The notes below the pieces were generated by a model, which was not told where the DNA came from, ran no database searches, and saw nothing but the letters and a program-made list of their open reading frames with translations. A stretch of DNA of 64,000 bases, taken from positions 96,001 to 160,000 of the forward strand of contig CAWANJ010000003.1 of the NCBI GenBank assembly GCA_963783385.1, read 5' to 3'. The stretch's first letter is position 1. Every line of letters starts with the position of its first letter. This stretch comes from an uncultured Gemmatimonadales bacterium (GTDB lineage Bacteria; Gemmatimonadota; Gemmatimonadetes; Palauibacterales; Palauibacteraceae). This document shows, in pieces, positions 9,827-19,977 of this stretch. The translations under genes and the position numbers were made by a program.

Positions 9827-11043
9827 TCCGATCCCCTCTGGCGCTCGGCGCGGTGATCGCGCTGGTCACGGCGCTGGCCTTCTGGCTCGACCACAGGGTG
9901 CCTGCCCTGTCGAAGGTCGGAGCGTCCCTGATGGTGATCGTGTTCGGGGCGGTGCTCTCCAACCTGGGTCTCGTGCCCCTGCACTCCCCGGTGTACACGA
10001 TCGTGTCGGGCCCGATCACCTCCCTCGCCATCGCGTGGCTCCTCCTGGCCGTGCACATCGGAGACCTGCGCAAGGCGGGGCCGCGCATGCTGGGCGCCTT
10101 CGGCCTGGCCGTGTTCGGGACCATCGTGGGCGTGGCCGTGTCCACGGCGCTCCTGGCCGGCCGCTTCGGCGACGAGACGTGGCGGCTGGCCGGCGCGTTC
10201 ACCGGGACGTACACGGGCGGCTCCCTCAACTTCGTCGCGGTGGGCCGGGCCCTGAAGATTCCGTCCGTGCTGTTCGCGGGCGCCACCGCGGCCGACAACC
10301 TGACGACCGGGATCTGGATGGCCGCCTGCCTCCTCCTGCCCGTGTGGCTGGCGCGGCTGTATCCCTTCCCGATCCCGGCCCTGGAGGACGGCATTGGCGC
10401 CGGGGAGGCCGCACGAACGGCCGCGGCGGCGGAGGGACCGGCCGGGGCGGGTCCGGCCGACGAGGGTCCGGCGGCGCCGAAGACCGTCGCGGAGGGCGCC
10501 CATCCCTTCTTCTCGCCGGCCTCGATCTCGGCCCTGGACATGGCCCGCCTCGTGGCGGTAGGGCTGGTGCTCCTGGCCGCCGCGCACATCGTCGGGGGGC
10601 TGGTGCCGCAGGTGCCCGAGGTGCTGTGGCTGACCACCTTCGCGCTCGTCCTGGCCCACGTCGGGCCCTTCTCCCGCATGGAGGGGACGATGCAGCTGGG
10701 GAACTACGCCCTGCACCTGTTCTTCGCCGTCATCGGGATCTACTCGAGGATCGACCAGATCCTGGCGGTCGGCGTGGCCGTGTTCGTGTTCACCATGCTG
10801 ACGGTGGGCATCCACGGCCTCATCGTGTTCGGGCTGGGCCGGGTGGCGCGCATCGATCTCGGCAGCCTCGCCGTGGCCTCGCAGGCGGCCGTGGGCGGAC
10901 CGACCAGCGCCCTGGCCGTGGCCATCTCGCGCGAGTGGCCCGCGCTCGTGCTGCCGGGCATCGTGGTCGGTCTCCTGGGGTACGCGGTCGGCAACTACCT
11001 GGGCTTCGGGGTGGCGTACCTGTTGCGCTCCGTGGGCTTGTGA
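9823..11043 (+). CDS. DUF819-family multi-pass membrane protein
   Basis: TTG overlapping upstream stop; GTYTGGSLNFVAV, AADNL, ASQAAVGGPTSA, GYAVGNYLG. Confidence 0.8.
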   Translation: MIRSPLALGAVIALVTALAFWLDHRVPALSKVGASLMVIVFGAVLSNLGLVPLHSPVYTIVSGPITSLAIAWLLLAVHIGDLRKAGPRMLGAFGLAVFGTIVGVAVSTALLAGRFGDETWRLAGAFTGTYTGGSLNFVAVGRALKIPSVLFAGATAADNLTTGIWMAACLLLPVWLARLYPFPIPALEDGIGAGEAARTAAAAEGPAGAGPADEGPAAPKTVAEGAHPFFSPASISALDMARLVAVGLVLLAAAHIVGGLVPQVPEVLWLTTFALVLAHVGPFSRMEGTMQLGNYALHLFFAVIGIYSRIDQILAVGVAVFVFTMLTVGIHGLIVFGLGRVARIDLGSLAVASQAAVGGPTSALAVAISREWPALVLPGIVVGLLGYAVGNYLGFGVAYLLRSVGL

Positions 11044-11160
11044 GGCGACGGCGGACCCATCGCGTCGCTGCCGGATACAGAACAGAGGAGACGGGCCCGC
11101 GGTCACGCGCGCGGGGCACGGACCGTCGACGGACCGAGAGCCAACCAACCGGAGGAGAGC

Positions 11161-11832
11161 ATGAGCAGGCATTCGTGGAGCGGAGATGAGGCCGGCCTCC
11201 CGGACCGGACGCCGCGCGGGAGCGACCGGCGCGCACGTGCCGTGTCCGGGAGGCTGCTGACGGGCGTGGTGGCGGTGGTCCTGGCCATGCTGGCGGGACG
11301 ACCGCTGACCGCCCAGGACTCGACCTCGGACACACAGCCCGAGGTGAAGGTCGACGTCCTCCGGGTCCTCATCACCAAGGACTTCGCCACCAAGATGGAC
11401 AGCACGCCGGCTCAGATCACCTGGGACGACGTGCGCAAGGGGGTCGTGGTCAACTACGAGGCGACGCCGGCCACGGTCAAGAAGGCCACGAAGCTCAAGC
11501 TGGTCTTCTACGCGGCCCTCGCCCAGGACGGAAAGGTCCAGAACGAGTTCACCTCCGAGCCGGTGGACGTGTTCCCCTCGGCGACCATATCGCAGCCGGA
11601 CAAGTTCCTTCCCGAGAAGTCGATGCTGCCCGGGGGCGTGACGCCCAAGGGTACCTTCGTGGTCGGCAAGGTCACCGTTCCCGACTCGGAGATGCTCGGG
11701 GCGGACATGAAGGCCATCCTCCAGGACCTGTCGGGCAGCGAACCGATCCTCTACCTGCTCGCGGCGCCGGCCGACACGGCGGTTCGCTCCAGCCTCCAGA
11801 CCGCGCCCCTCATCCTGACCCTCAAGGGCTGA
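11161..11832 (+). CDS. Hypothetical secreted protein
   Basis: GGAGAG RBS; hydrophobic signal-like segment followed by A-Q-D; protein-like composition; no family recognised. Confidence 0.65.
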   Translation: MSRHSWSGDEAGLPDRTPRGSDRRARAVSGRLLTGVVAVVLAMLAGRPLTAQDSTSDTQPEVKVDVLRVLITKDFATKMDSTPAQITWDDVRKGVVVNYEATPATVKKATKLKLVFYAALAQDGKVQNEFTSEPVDVFPSATISQPDKFLPEKSMLPGGVTPKGTFVVGKVTVPDSEMLGADMKAILQDLSGSEPILYLLAAPADTAVRSSLQTAPLILTLKG

Positions 11833-11899
11833 GCGCCTCGCTTGCCCGGTCCCGGCCGATCGCCCGAGGCCGTGCGGCGCGCGAGCGCGCGGCACGGCC

Positions 11900-13060
11900 T
11901 CAGGCGCCGCCGGGCACGAACGCCTCGGACCAGCTCCCCGGAACGGGCACCAGCTCCGCGTCGAACCGCCCCGACCGTGCCACCGCGCAAGCGTCGTAAC
12001 GCACGGTCACCGATCCGGGCCCGAGATGCGCGACCGGAGCGCCCCCGCCCGAGGATCCCGCCGCACCCGTGACCACGCCGCCCCGGATCGTCGCCGTGCC
12101 CTCGGTCCGCAGGCTTCCTCCCACCAGGATCAGCCCCTCCCAGCGAAAGCCGTCCCCCAGCACCAGGTCCCCGGCCACCACGAGGGCGCCACTTCCGGAT
12201 CGGCTCGCGTCCGCCCGGAACTCGGGGAGCGCGACGAGGATGCCGGTCCAGCTCCCGTCGGCCAGTCGGGTGGAGACGGGCCACGGGTCGGCCGGCAGTC
12301 GCGCGTCGTACGCCGCTTCGCCGGTCGCGAGCTCGCCCCACTCCTCCCGCAACGAGGCGAGGGCTCCGTCGTCGGCGACCGACAGGGTGTCGGGCGTGCC
12401 CGATGCGGCCAGCGGGCCGCCGGAGGGCTGCAGGTAACCGCCGGGCGAAGACGCCGCGCCCGCCACGGCCGGGGGACCGGCGCCCGCGCACGCGCTGTCG
12501 GAAGCGAGCTCGCCGCGCCCGTCGAGCCGCACGTCCGGCCCCTCGACCTCCAGCCGGCCGAGGGACGTCAGAGCGGCCGGGACGCGGAGGGGCGCGCCGT
12601 CCAGGACGGCCAGGAGACCGAGCGTGCGCGCCGCCCCGTCCTTCCCGGCGGCGTAGGCCCCGGTCGCCGTCAGCCGGTAGAGCCGGCGAAAGGGGCCGCG
12701 GTGGAGCAGCCGCGTCCCCCGGAGCGTGGCCGTGACGCGGGGGGCGATGGCATAGGTCACCCCGAAGGTGTCGGGGAGGGGACCCCGGCTCCGGGCCAGG
12801 AAGCTGGCCGTGGCGGCCTGCGCGGCCAGGTAGGCGTGCACGCCGGCCGCCTGGGTCCGGGCGGCGGCCGCTTCCGTCCTGGCCAGGACGAGCCCTCCTC
12901 CGGCAAGGGCCGACAGCCCGATGAGGACGAGCAACGTGACCAGGAGGGCGAAGCCGCCCTGGCGGCCGGCGTCCGGTCGGCGGTTCGGGGTGACGGGCAC
13001 GGTGGGCCTCCGGGCGAGCGCGAGTGGAGTCGTGACGCCCCGACCGGGAAGGCGCCCCAC
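11900..13060 (-). CDS. PilX/GspK-like minor pilin (start uncertain)
   Basis: Prepilin-like RQGG|FALLVTLLVL, A...A.AA motif, C-terminal G.LVV.GDL...F.WEGLILVGG repeats. Confidence 0.65.
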   Translation of the reverse strand: MGRLPGRGVTTPLALARRPTVPVTPNRRPDAGRQGGFALLVTLLVLIGLSALAGGGLVLARTEAAAARTQAAGVHAYLAAQAATASFLARSRGPLPDTFGVTYAIAPRVTATLRGTRLLHRGPFRRLYRLTATGAYAAGKDGAARTLGLLAVLDGAPLRVPAALTSLGRLEVEGPDVRLDGRGELASDSACAGAGPPAVAGAASSPGGYLQPSGGPLAASGTPDTLSVADDGALASLREEWGELATGEAAYDARLPADPWPVSTRLADGSWTGILVALPEFRADASRSGSGALVVAGDLVLGDGFRWEGLILVGGSLRTEGTATIRGGVVTGAAGSSGGGAPVAHLGPGSVTVRYDACAVARSGRFDAELVPVPGSWSEAFVPGGA

Positions 13061-13131
13061 GTGCCCGGAGAGTGCGGAGCGGCCTCAACGGCGCGACATC
13101 GCGCCGGCCGCCCCGGCGAGGTCGTCGGGAC

Positions 13132-13494
13132 CTAGGAGTCCCCTCGAGCCCCCGACTCGTGCGGCCGGTACATGATCACCCGGGCCCGCTCCAGGGTGAT
13201 GAGGCCGCCCTCGATCATGCGGTCGAGCTCGGGAAGCACCGACTGGATCCGATCCTCCGTGTCCACGACCTCGACCACGATCGGCAGGTCCAGGGACAGC
13301 CGCAGGATCTTGTCCGTGTGGAGCCGCGCGTGGGCCCCGAAGCCCCCGATCCCCCGCAGCACGGTGGTGCCGGCGAAGCCTCTTTCCCGGAAGAGCTTCA
13401 CGAGCTGCTCGTACAGGGGGTGCCCGTCGAAGCGGTCCGACTCCCCGATGAAGATGCGCATCAGGGTGCGTTCCCCCGCGAAGCCTCGCTCCAT
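13132..13494 (-). CDS. DUF190 (PII-like) protein
   Basis: MRIFIGESD, AGTTVLRGIGGFG, LSLDLPIVVEVVD; usual neighbour of crcB. Confidence 0.9.
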   Translation of the reverse strand: MERGFAGERTLMRIFIGESDRFDGHPLYEQLVKLFRERGFAGTTVLRGIGGFGAHARLHTDKILRLSLDLPIVVEVVDTEDRIQSVLPELDRMIEGGLITLERARVIMYRPHESGARGDS

Positions 13495-13549
13495 GCTCCC
13501 TCCGATCGACATCGGTTCGGCGTCCACATCCCGGTCCACGCCGGGCCGC

Positions 13550-13936
13550 CTAGCTACCGTGGCGGAGCATGGCCCCGGCCAGTCCCAGCCCCAGGAACGC
13601 CCCGGCCAGCGCCACCAGCACGCTCCCGGCTACGTACAGGGCCCCCAGCCCCAGCTCTCCGTCCCTCAGGAGCGTGGCCGTCTCGTAGCTGAACGTGCTG
13701 AACGTCGTGAACGCGCCCAAGAATCCGATCATCACCAGCGCCCGCAGGGACGCGTCGGCGGCGATGCCCTGGAGGAAGCGCGCCGTGAATCCCAGGAGGA
13801 AGGCGCCCACGATGTTCACGGCCAGCGTTCCCCAGGGGAACCCCGAGCCCGCCCATCCATGGACCCAGCCTCCGACCGCGTACCGGGCGAGCGCGCCGAG
13901 CGCGCCTCCGATCGCGATGTACACGTAGACCAGCAT
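13550..13936 (-). CDS. crcB: Fluoride efflux channel CrcB/FluC
   Basis: GGALGALARY, FPWGTLAVN, GFLGAFTTFSTFSYE. Confidence 0.95.
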   Translation of the reverse strand: MLVYVYIAIGGALGALARYAVGGWVHGWAGSGFPWGTLAVNIVGAFLLGFTARFLQGIAADASLRALVMIGFLGAFTTFSTFSYETATLLRDGELGLGALYVAGSVLVALAGAFLGLGLAGAMLRHGS

Positions 13937-13960
13937 CGTACCGTGCCCTCCGCGTACGAA

Positions 13961-14000
13961 TAGAAAACCCTCCCGACCGGACCTTTGTCCGGTGGGGAGG
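13961..14000 (-). terminator. Intrinsic terminator, expression platform of the fluoride riboswitch
   Basis: Minus strand CCTCCCCACCGGAC-AAAG-GTCCGGTCGGGAGG followed by GTTTTCT; 5' arm overlaps the aptamer 3' end. Confidence 0.7.
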
Positions 14001-14050
14001 AGTCATCAGCCGCGGTGTGGCGCGGCGGTTCCGGCGGACTCCATCGCCGC
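13995..14050 (-). ncRNA. Fluoride (crcB) riboswitch
   Basis: Minus strand GGCGATGGAGTCCGCC...AACCGC...GCTGATGACTCCT matches the aptamer consensus; directly upstream of crcB. Confidence 0.9.
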
Positions 14051-14106
14051 AATCTGTCGAGAGAATGTGTGCCCGCTCCAGGGCGGGCAAGGATGGTGCC
14101 CCCAGC

Positions 14107-14772
14107 TCAGCCCGTGGCGGGGGCCACGTTCGGGAGGACCGGAAGCAGCCGTCGGACGCCCCGGCGGGCACGCGTCCGCCGGCCTGCGTCGGGTGCCGTG
14201 GCCCGTCCCGACAGCGTCTCGACCAGCTCGGCATCGGCCAGCTCGACGTCGGCCGCCTTCACGTCCACTTCGGCCCGTCGCCGGAGGAGAGCCTGATAGG
14301 CGTGCAGCACCCGTGCGACCTCCCGGTCGTACGCCAGGGAGAGGAAGTCGACGAGCGCATCGGTCGCCTCGTCGCAGCGCCCGGCGCGGTCGGCCGCCTC
14401 CACGAAGTCGAGAACGTGGAGCCGGGCCTCGGCCACCAGGTCCTGGTCGAGGTTCAGCTCGGCCAGGGCGCGGTGGCCGTGGATGTGGGATGGATAGCTG
14501 CGGAGCACCCGCTTCCACACCGCGACGGCGTTGAGGGTGAGCCCCTCCTCGCGGTAGCGGTCGGCCGCCAGACGGTAGCTTTCGAGGGCCGAGCGCTCGT
14601 GCCCCAGGCGGTGGTGGATGTCGGCGATGCGCACGTGAAGGAGTGGGTCCGCGGTCTCCCCCGAGTCCTCGGTCTCGCGGACCGCCCGGTCGTACATCTC
14701 CAGGGCCACGCCGAGGCGGCCTTCGGCGGCCTCGTGACGGGCGTCCATCCTCAGTTGACTGCGATCTTTCAT
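14107..14772 (-). CDS. TPR-like helical repeat protein
   Basis: Helical repeats (LHVRIADIHHRLG, AVAVWKRVLR, HRALAELNL); ATG at 14772. Confidence 0.7.
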   Translation of the reverse strand: MKDRSQLRMDARHEAAEGRLGVALEMYDRAVRETEDSGETADPLLHVRIADIHHRLGHERSALESYRLAADRYREEGLTLNAVAVWKRVLRSYPSHIHGHRALAELNLDQDLVAEARLHVLDFVEAADRAGRCDEATDALVDFLSLAYDREVARVLHAYQALLRRRAEVDVKAADVELADAELVETLSGRATAPDAGRRTRARRGVRRLLPVLPNVAPATG

Positions 14773-14866
14773 CGACGGCGTGACCCCGCGGCTGGGTGCG
14801 CTTCCGGTCCAAGGGCGGTGCCCGCGGAGGCGCAAGGTGCCTCCGGGTCGTGGGTCGCTTCATCCC

Positions 14867-14875
14867 ATTATATCA
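14867..14875 (-). promoter_or_regulatory. Extended -10 promoter element
   Basis: Minus strand TGATATAAT (TGn-TATAAT) about 95 bp upstream of ATG 14772. Confidence 0.45.
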
Positions 14876-15074
14876 AGGTGCGTACCGGGCGAACGTGCGG
14901 TCGCGCTGCGGGCTGTCACGTGCGCGTGGCAGGCGGATTTCAAGGTCTCACGCGGCGCCGGCGTCCGCGGCCGCGGGCGGGCGACATGCGTGGCATGAGT
15001 CCACCCCGCTTGCATTTCGCAAGGAAGAGCGGTGCCGCTCGGACGGCGTCGTACGGCGGCGCCTCCCGGCGTTC

Positions 15075-15476
15075 CTAGTCGCGGTCCGTGTTGAAGGTGT
15101 CCGCCACGGCCTTCCAGCTGCCATCGGCCTGGCGCCGGTACACGGTGAGGTACTTCCCGTAGTCCTGGAGGAGGGCGCCGTGCCGGGGGCGGAGGATGCT
15201 CGTGTAGTGACCGAACTCGTAGGCCAGGTCGCCGGAGCTCTCGATGTGGTCCGGCTCGAGCTCGAGCTCGATGAGGCCCTCCTCCGGCCGGGCGCGCCAG
15301 TACTCCAGCAGCGCTTCCCGGCCCCGGACTACGGCCTGTCTCGGGGGCATGAAGACGGCGTCGTCCGCGTAGTAGTCGTCCACCATCGCGTCCATGTCCT
15401 GCTCCCGGATCCTGCGGACGCGTCGGCGAACGGCCTCACGGATGACTGCGGCCGGATCGGCGGTGGGCTCGGGCAT
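15075..15476 (-). CDS. NTF2-like / DUF4440 (YybH) protein
   Basis: YYADDAVFMPP, SGDLAYEFGHY, GKYLTVYRRQADGSWK. Confidence 0.85.
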   Translation of the reverse strand: MPEPTADPAAVIREAVRRRVRRIREQDMDAMVDDYYADDAVFMPPRQAVVRGREALLEYWRARPEEGLIELELEPDHIESSGDLAYEFGHYTSILRPRHGALLQDYGKYLTVYRRQADGSWKAVADTFNTDRD

Positions 15477-15703
15477 GGGGGTCTCCTGGCGTGGAGTGGC
15501 GCGACGGGTTCAACCTCGGACGGCGGGGGCGGGAGCCGCAAGTGGAGGGACGGGCAGGAGAAGTCGGTCGGGACGCGGCCCTTCAAATTTTCGGAAAACT
15601 GCCTTAGACTTGAAACATCGGGCCACAGTTCGAATCCGGTCGGCGTGATCTCGTTGCGTGCTTCGCCGAGCGTCGACTCGTTCTTCTTGCCTGGGGAGAC
15701 TCC

Positions 15704-16210
15704 ATGAGACATTCGCGGAAAGTGTTCACGGCCATGGCCGCCGGCGCGTTCCTGCTCGTGGCAGCGTGCGGCGACAGGGCTCGGCCCGGGGGCGGCGATC
15801 AGGGGGAGGAGGGTGGGCAGGCATCGTACCTGGGTACCGATTCCACCTGCCAGAGGGCACCCGGGTCCAAGCCCACGCGGCCGATCGTAGAGATCACGGC
15901 CACGGATGACTCGATCCACCTGGATCCCGATCCGATCCGTGCCACCGTCGGCGTCGGCTTTGTGGGCTGGCGGTCGAGCAGGAGAGACGGGGGCTACGCG
16001 TGGGAGGTCACCTACGAAGGGCAAGTCGCCTCTCCCCGAGCGCACGTATCGGAGCGACGACGGCAAGCTCGACGGCGGGGTCGTGGCGCAAGGACGCGGC
16101 GGCATCCTGCTACCCCTATGGCGTCAAGGTCTGGCGGCCGGGGGGAAGGACACCATGACGGTGGATCCCGGATCGGACGTGCTTCCCGGTTGGGCGGCGG
16201 ACGTAGGTGG
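15704..16210 (+). CDS. Hypothetical lipoprotein, apparently frameshifted several times (end approximate)
   Basis: GGAG RBS and lipobox LVAAC; protein-like segments (HLDPDPI..VGW..YAWEVTY; SPLPERTY; CYPYGVKVW; TMTVDPG) fall in successive frames. Confidence 0.5.
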
Positions 16211-16225
16211 GGGCTCGGCTGTGCT

Positions 16226-18148
16226 TCAGCGCACGGCGGACCGCGTGGTGTCGACCATCTCCTGGAAGCGCGGATCGCGATGCAGCGGCGCCCACCACCA
16301 GTCGCGGTTGACATAAGGCCGCTGTTGCGGCACCTGGCGCAGATATCGTCCCAGAAGGTTCCGAATGGCGCGTTGCCGGTCATCGAGCTGCAGCGCGACG
16401 TAGGCGCCGTCGTAGCGGCCCGTGGACTGGTGGGATCCATGTCCCGCGCCCTCCTCTCCACGGCCCGTGCGCTATCGGCAGTCCGGCCCTGGACCAGAGT
16501 CGCGGCCACCAGGAGAGGGCCCTCCTGGTATGGCTGGCCCGCAGGAAGGCGGGCTCTCGTCCTGCGCAGTCGAGCCCACGCCGTATCGACCGAGCCGGGG
16601 CGGGTCGGCTGTGATGCGAGGCGACACGAGGCGATTCGAGACGAAGGCGGCTTCTCGCGGATACAGGGCCTCTCCGCGCGCGAACAGGGAATCGGCTCTC
16701 GCGACATGGTGGAACTCGAGGGCCAGGATGGCCGAGATGTAGAGATACTGAGCATCGTTCGAGAGATATGGGTCCGCCTCCCTCATTCGGCGTGCGTCGA
16801 CCCGGGCCTCCTCGAACTTTCCCCGGCCCCGCAGAATGTAGGCGAGCACGGCCCAGGCGCGCGCGAGCCTCGGATCGGTCGTCGTGGCGGCACGGAGGTC
16901 CCGCTCCGCCTCCTCCAGCAGCCCCCGCTTCCGGGGACCCGAAGCGGCCTGACTGAAGAACCACTCCAGGTTGCCGCGCAGCTCCAGCGCCGGTGCGTTG
17001 CCCGGACGTCCCGTCAGGATGCGGTCCGCATCCCGCAGACCTTCCCGCAACAGCACCGTGTCGGATTGACTCGGCACGGCGGCCTGGACCCGGGCCATGG
17101 CGAGATGGGTCCAGCCACTCTCCAGCGTCGGCTTGGACCACCCTGGATCGAGTGTCGCGGCCACGTCCAGGAGGGAGTCCGCCCGTTCGTAGAGATCCAA
17201 AGCGCCGGACGTGTCTCGCGCCGCGCTCAGGGAAGCGGCGTCGTCCCGGAGACCGATCGCCACCTGGTAGACCTTCCAGGCACGCGCATCGTGGGCCGAT
17301 CCCCTGGCTTCCAGCAGCTCGTTCACCTTGCCCAGGCCGACCCGAAGGAATCGGGCGACTTGCGAGGAGACGGAGTCCTGGAGGGTGAAGGGGTCTCCCA
17401 GCGACGCCTCGATCTGCTGGCTCGCGACCTGATCTCCCGTCGAAGCGTTCACCAGCTGCACGTTGACCCGCACACGGTCACCGGATCCCTGTACGCTGCC
17501 TTCGACCACGCTGCCGGCGTTCAGCAGCCTCCCGATGCTGTCGATCGGCGGGGATTCGCGCCCTCGAAATTCCTTGACCCCGTTGGTGGGGACGACCGTG
17601 AGGCCTTCGACGCCGCTCAGCGTCTGAATCAGCGCCTCGGTGAGGCCGTCGGCCAGGTATCCGAGGTCGTGATCGCGGCTGAAGTCCTTGAGGTAAAGCA
17701 CCGCCACGTGGTTCGGGTCCAGGGGCGCCGCCGCTTCGGCCGCCGGCGCGTCCGGCGGCACGCGCAGCCAGTAGTCCCACGCCCCCCACGCCATCCCGGC
17801 CACGAGCACGGCCGTGATGCCCACGAGCGCGATGCGGGAGGCCCGTCCGACGGCCCGGTTCCCCTCCTCGTCCCCCGTCTCCTCGGTGCGGCGCACGCCC
17901 TCGGGGGTGATCTCGAAGGCCCAGGCGACCACCAGAGACAGAGGAAATCCGGCGATCGCCACCACGATCACGAGCGCGAGCGTCCAGTGGGGGAGGCGGA
18001 GGGGCGTGGACACGACCGAATTCACCACGACCTGGGTCACCTGCACCACGAACCACGCCGCGATCAGGTATACGATCCCTACGTGGAAGACGTTGCGCCG
18101 CTTGAGCTCGGAGATCAGCCGGCTGAGGAGGGACTTCGATTCCGGCAT
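16226..18148 (-). CDS. Membrane receptor-like protein with TolB-N-like domain and TPRs; C-terminus frameshifted
   Basis: ELKRRNVFHVGIVY..WAFEITPEG TM module; VAVLYL..GLTEALI..VEGSV..RVRVNVQL; closing WWWAPLHRDPRFQEMV..stop lies in another frame ending at 16226. Confidence 0.75.
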
Positions 18149-18329
18149 GTCGCTGGCGTGCCCGCGGCTGGAGGATCAGGATCCCGATGCCTCCCCACCC
18201 TGCCATCTATTATACGTGCCGGCTGTCCAAACTGGATCGAGCGACAGGGGCTGACAAGACGACGGCGAGGGCGAAAGTCGATCGCGGCGGGCCCGCTGTT
18301 TCCTCGGCCCGCGGATCGGACCCTCAGCC

Positions 18330-19586
18330 CTAAGGCGAGCCCCCGCGTGTCGCCGCCCGGTCCGAGGCGGCCCGTTCCATACCGGCGCGGGCGTCCCGGA
18401 TCGCCTCCTCCAGCGGCAGCGCCTGGCCGAACTGGAAGCCCTGGCCGTAGCGGCAGCCGGCGGACAGCAGCCAGTCGCGCTGGGCGGCCGTCTCGATCCC
18501 CTCGGCGGTCACCCACATCCCGAGCTCCGAGGCCAGCTCGATGGTCGAGTGCACGATCATGGCGTTCTTCCGGTCATCCGGCAGATCCGCCACGAAGGAG
18601 CGGTCGATCTTGAGCCCATCGACGTCCAGCCAGCTCAGGTAGCTGAGCGAGGAGTTCTCGGTGCCGAAGTCGTCGATGACCACGGAGACCCCGATCTCCT
18701 TGATCTCCTGGACCCGGTCTCCAACCTGCTGGAGGCCCGCCTCCTGGACCTCGAACTGCACGGCCTCGCGGGGCACGTCGTGCTCGCCGAGGACGCGGCG
18801 GACGACGAGCGGCAGGGACTCGTCGTCCCGGCACTGCACGGTGGTCAGGTTGATCCCGACGAACAGGTCCTCCAGCTCGGGGAGGGCGGCGCGCCACGGC
18901 CCGTAGGCCCGGCAGGCCTCGGCCAGGATCCAGTGGCCGAGCGGAACGATGAGGCCGGTGGCCTCGGCGGTCGGCAGGAACAGGTCGGGCGGGAGGAGCC
19001 CGCCGGTGTGGTGCTTCCAGCGCACCAGGGCCTCCACCCCCCTCAGCCGTCCGGTGGACAGGTCCACGATGGGCTCGTAGTGCAGCACGAAGTCCCCTTG
19101 GGCCAGCGCCCGCTCCAGCTCGCGGCCAGTCTGCCACTGCCGGTCCGCCAGGTGTGGATCGCCCCCGGCCCGGTGCAGGAACTCCGTCGACACGCCGGCG
19201 CCGAGGCTCACCACGATCAGGCTCACCGCGACCGAGCCGTACATCCACCAGTCGACCTGCCCCTGGAGGAGTCCGCCGCCGCCCAGCTCCACGACGGTCA
19301 GCACGACCATGCCGCCCAGGAGGGCGAGCACCGCGCCCGACCAGCCCCGGTAGTAGGAGAGGAGGAAGGGGGGCACGAGCGCCAGGACCCACACCAGGCC
19401 CGAGGACTGGGTCGACCGACCCAGGCTCGCCCAGCCGGCGACGCCCGCGGCCAGGAGGGCCAGCAGGCTGATGACGAGGGCGCGTGTGGGCGGAGTCCGT
19501 CGGGGCAGGTCGGCGGGCTTGAGAACGAAGAACCGGCGTCGGGCCCTCGTGGCAGTGACCGACCCGACCGGGTCGTGCGTATGCAT
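18330..19586 (-). CDS. Membrane-anchored EAL c-di-GMP phosphodiesterase
   Basis: About four TM helices, then EALVRW, IDDFGT, KIDRSFV, AEGIET, QG. Confidence 0.88.
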   Translation of the reverse strand: MHTHDPVGSVTATRARRRFFVLKPADLPRRTPPTRALVISLLALLAAGVAGWASLGRSTQSSGLVWVLALVPPFLLSYYRGWSGAVLALLGGMVVLTVVELGGGGLLQGQVDWWMYGSVAVSLIVVSLGAGVSTEFLHRAGGDPHLADRQWQTGRELERALAQGDFVLHYEPIVDLSTGRLRGVEALVRWKHHTGGLLPPDLFLPTAEATGLIVPLGHWILAEACRAYGPWRAALPELEDLFVGINLTTVQCRDDESLPLVVRRVLGEHDVPREAVQFEVQEAGLQQVGDRVQEIKEIGVSVVIDDFGTENSSLSYLSWLDVDGLKIDRSFVADLPDDRKNAMIVHSTIELASELGMWVTAEGIETAAQRDWLLSAGCRYGQGFQFGQALPLEEAIRDARAGMERAASDRAATRGGSP

Positions 19587-19715
19587 AATACGAAAAGTAG
19601 GGCACCCGGCGCCGCGAGGGAACCGCCGGCTATCGGCCAGCCGTGTCAGTGAGGGGCCGATCGGAAGTGCGGAGGGTGCGCATCGACTTTTCGGGAAATG
19701 GGATGGATGAGGACC

Positions 19716-19940
19716 TCAGGCCACCGCCAGGCGCTCCCGTCCCCCCTCGGTGAGCTCGAAGCCGTCCCGGGCGGCGCGTACGAGACCGGCCGACTCCAGC
19801 TCCCGGAGGCCCGAGCGGACCTGGAACAGGGGGCGTCCCGTCCGCCCGGCGAGATCCCGCTCCGAGCCGGGTCGGTCGAGGGCCCGGAGCAGGATCAGGC
19901 CGGAGGGGCTCGGGGAGCCGTCCGGGTTCACGCAGGCCAC
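19716..19940 (-). CDS. Small winged-helix protein with N-terminal Cys
   Basis: MACVNPDG..RPLFQVRSGLRELESAGLV..FELTEGG; directly downstream of the peroxiredoxin. Confidence 0.65.
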   Translation of the reverse strand: MACVNPDGSPSPSGLILLRALDRPGSERDLAGRTGRPLFQVRSGLRELESAGLVRAARDGFELTEGGRERLAVA

Positions 19941-19977
19941 GATGCCCCCCGCGGACCCCGGCGCTCCCCGACCGCGG

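Noticed and set aside
14927-14942. TGGCAGGCGGATTTCA as a sigma54 promoter
   Set aside because: Lacks the -12 GC and has no plus-strand gene directly downstream
15628-15637. GTTCGAATCC resembling a tRNA T-loop or att remnant
   Set aside because: Flanks do not form a T-stem or acceptor stem
15704-18613. 969-aa plus-strand ORF
   Set aside because: Only the first ~105 aa look real; the rest is frameshift read-through antisense to the TolB/TPR gene
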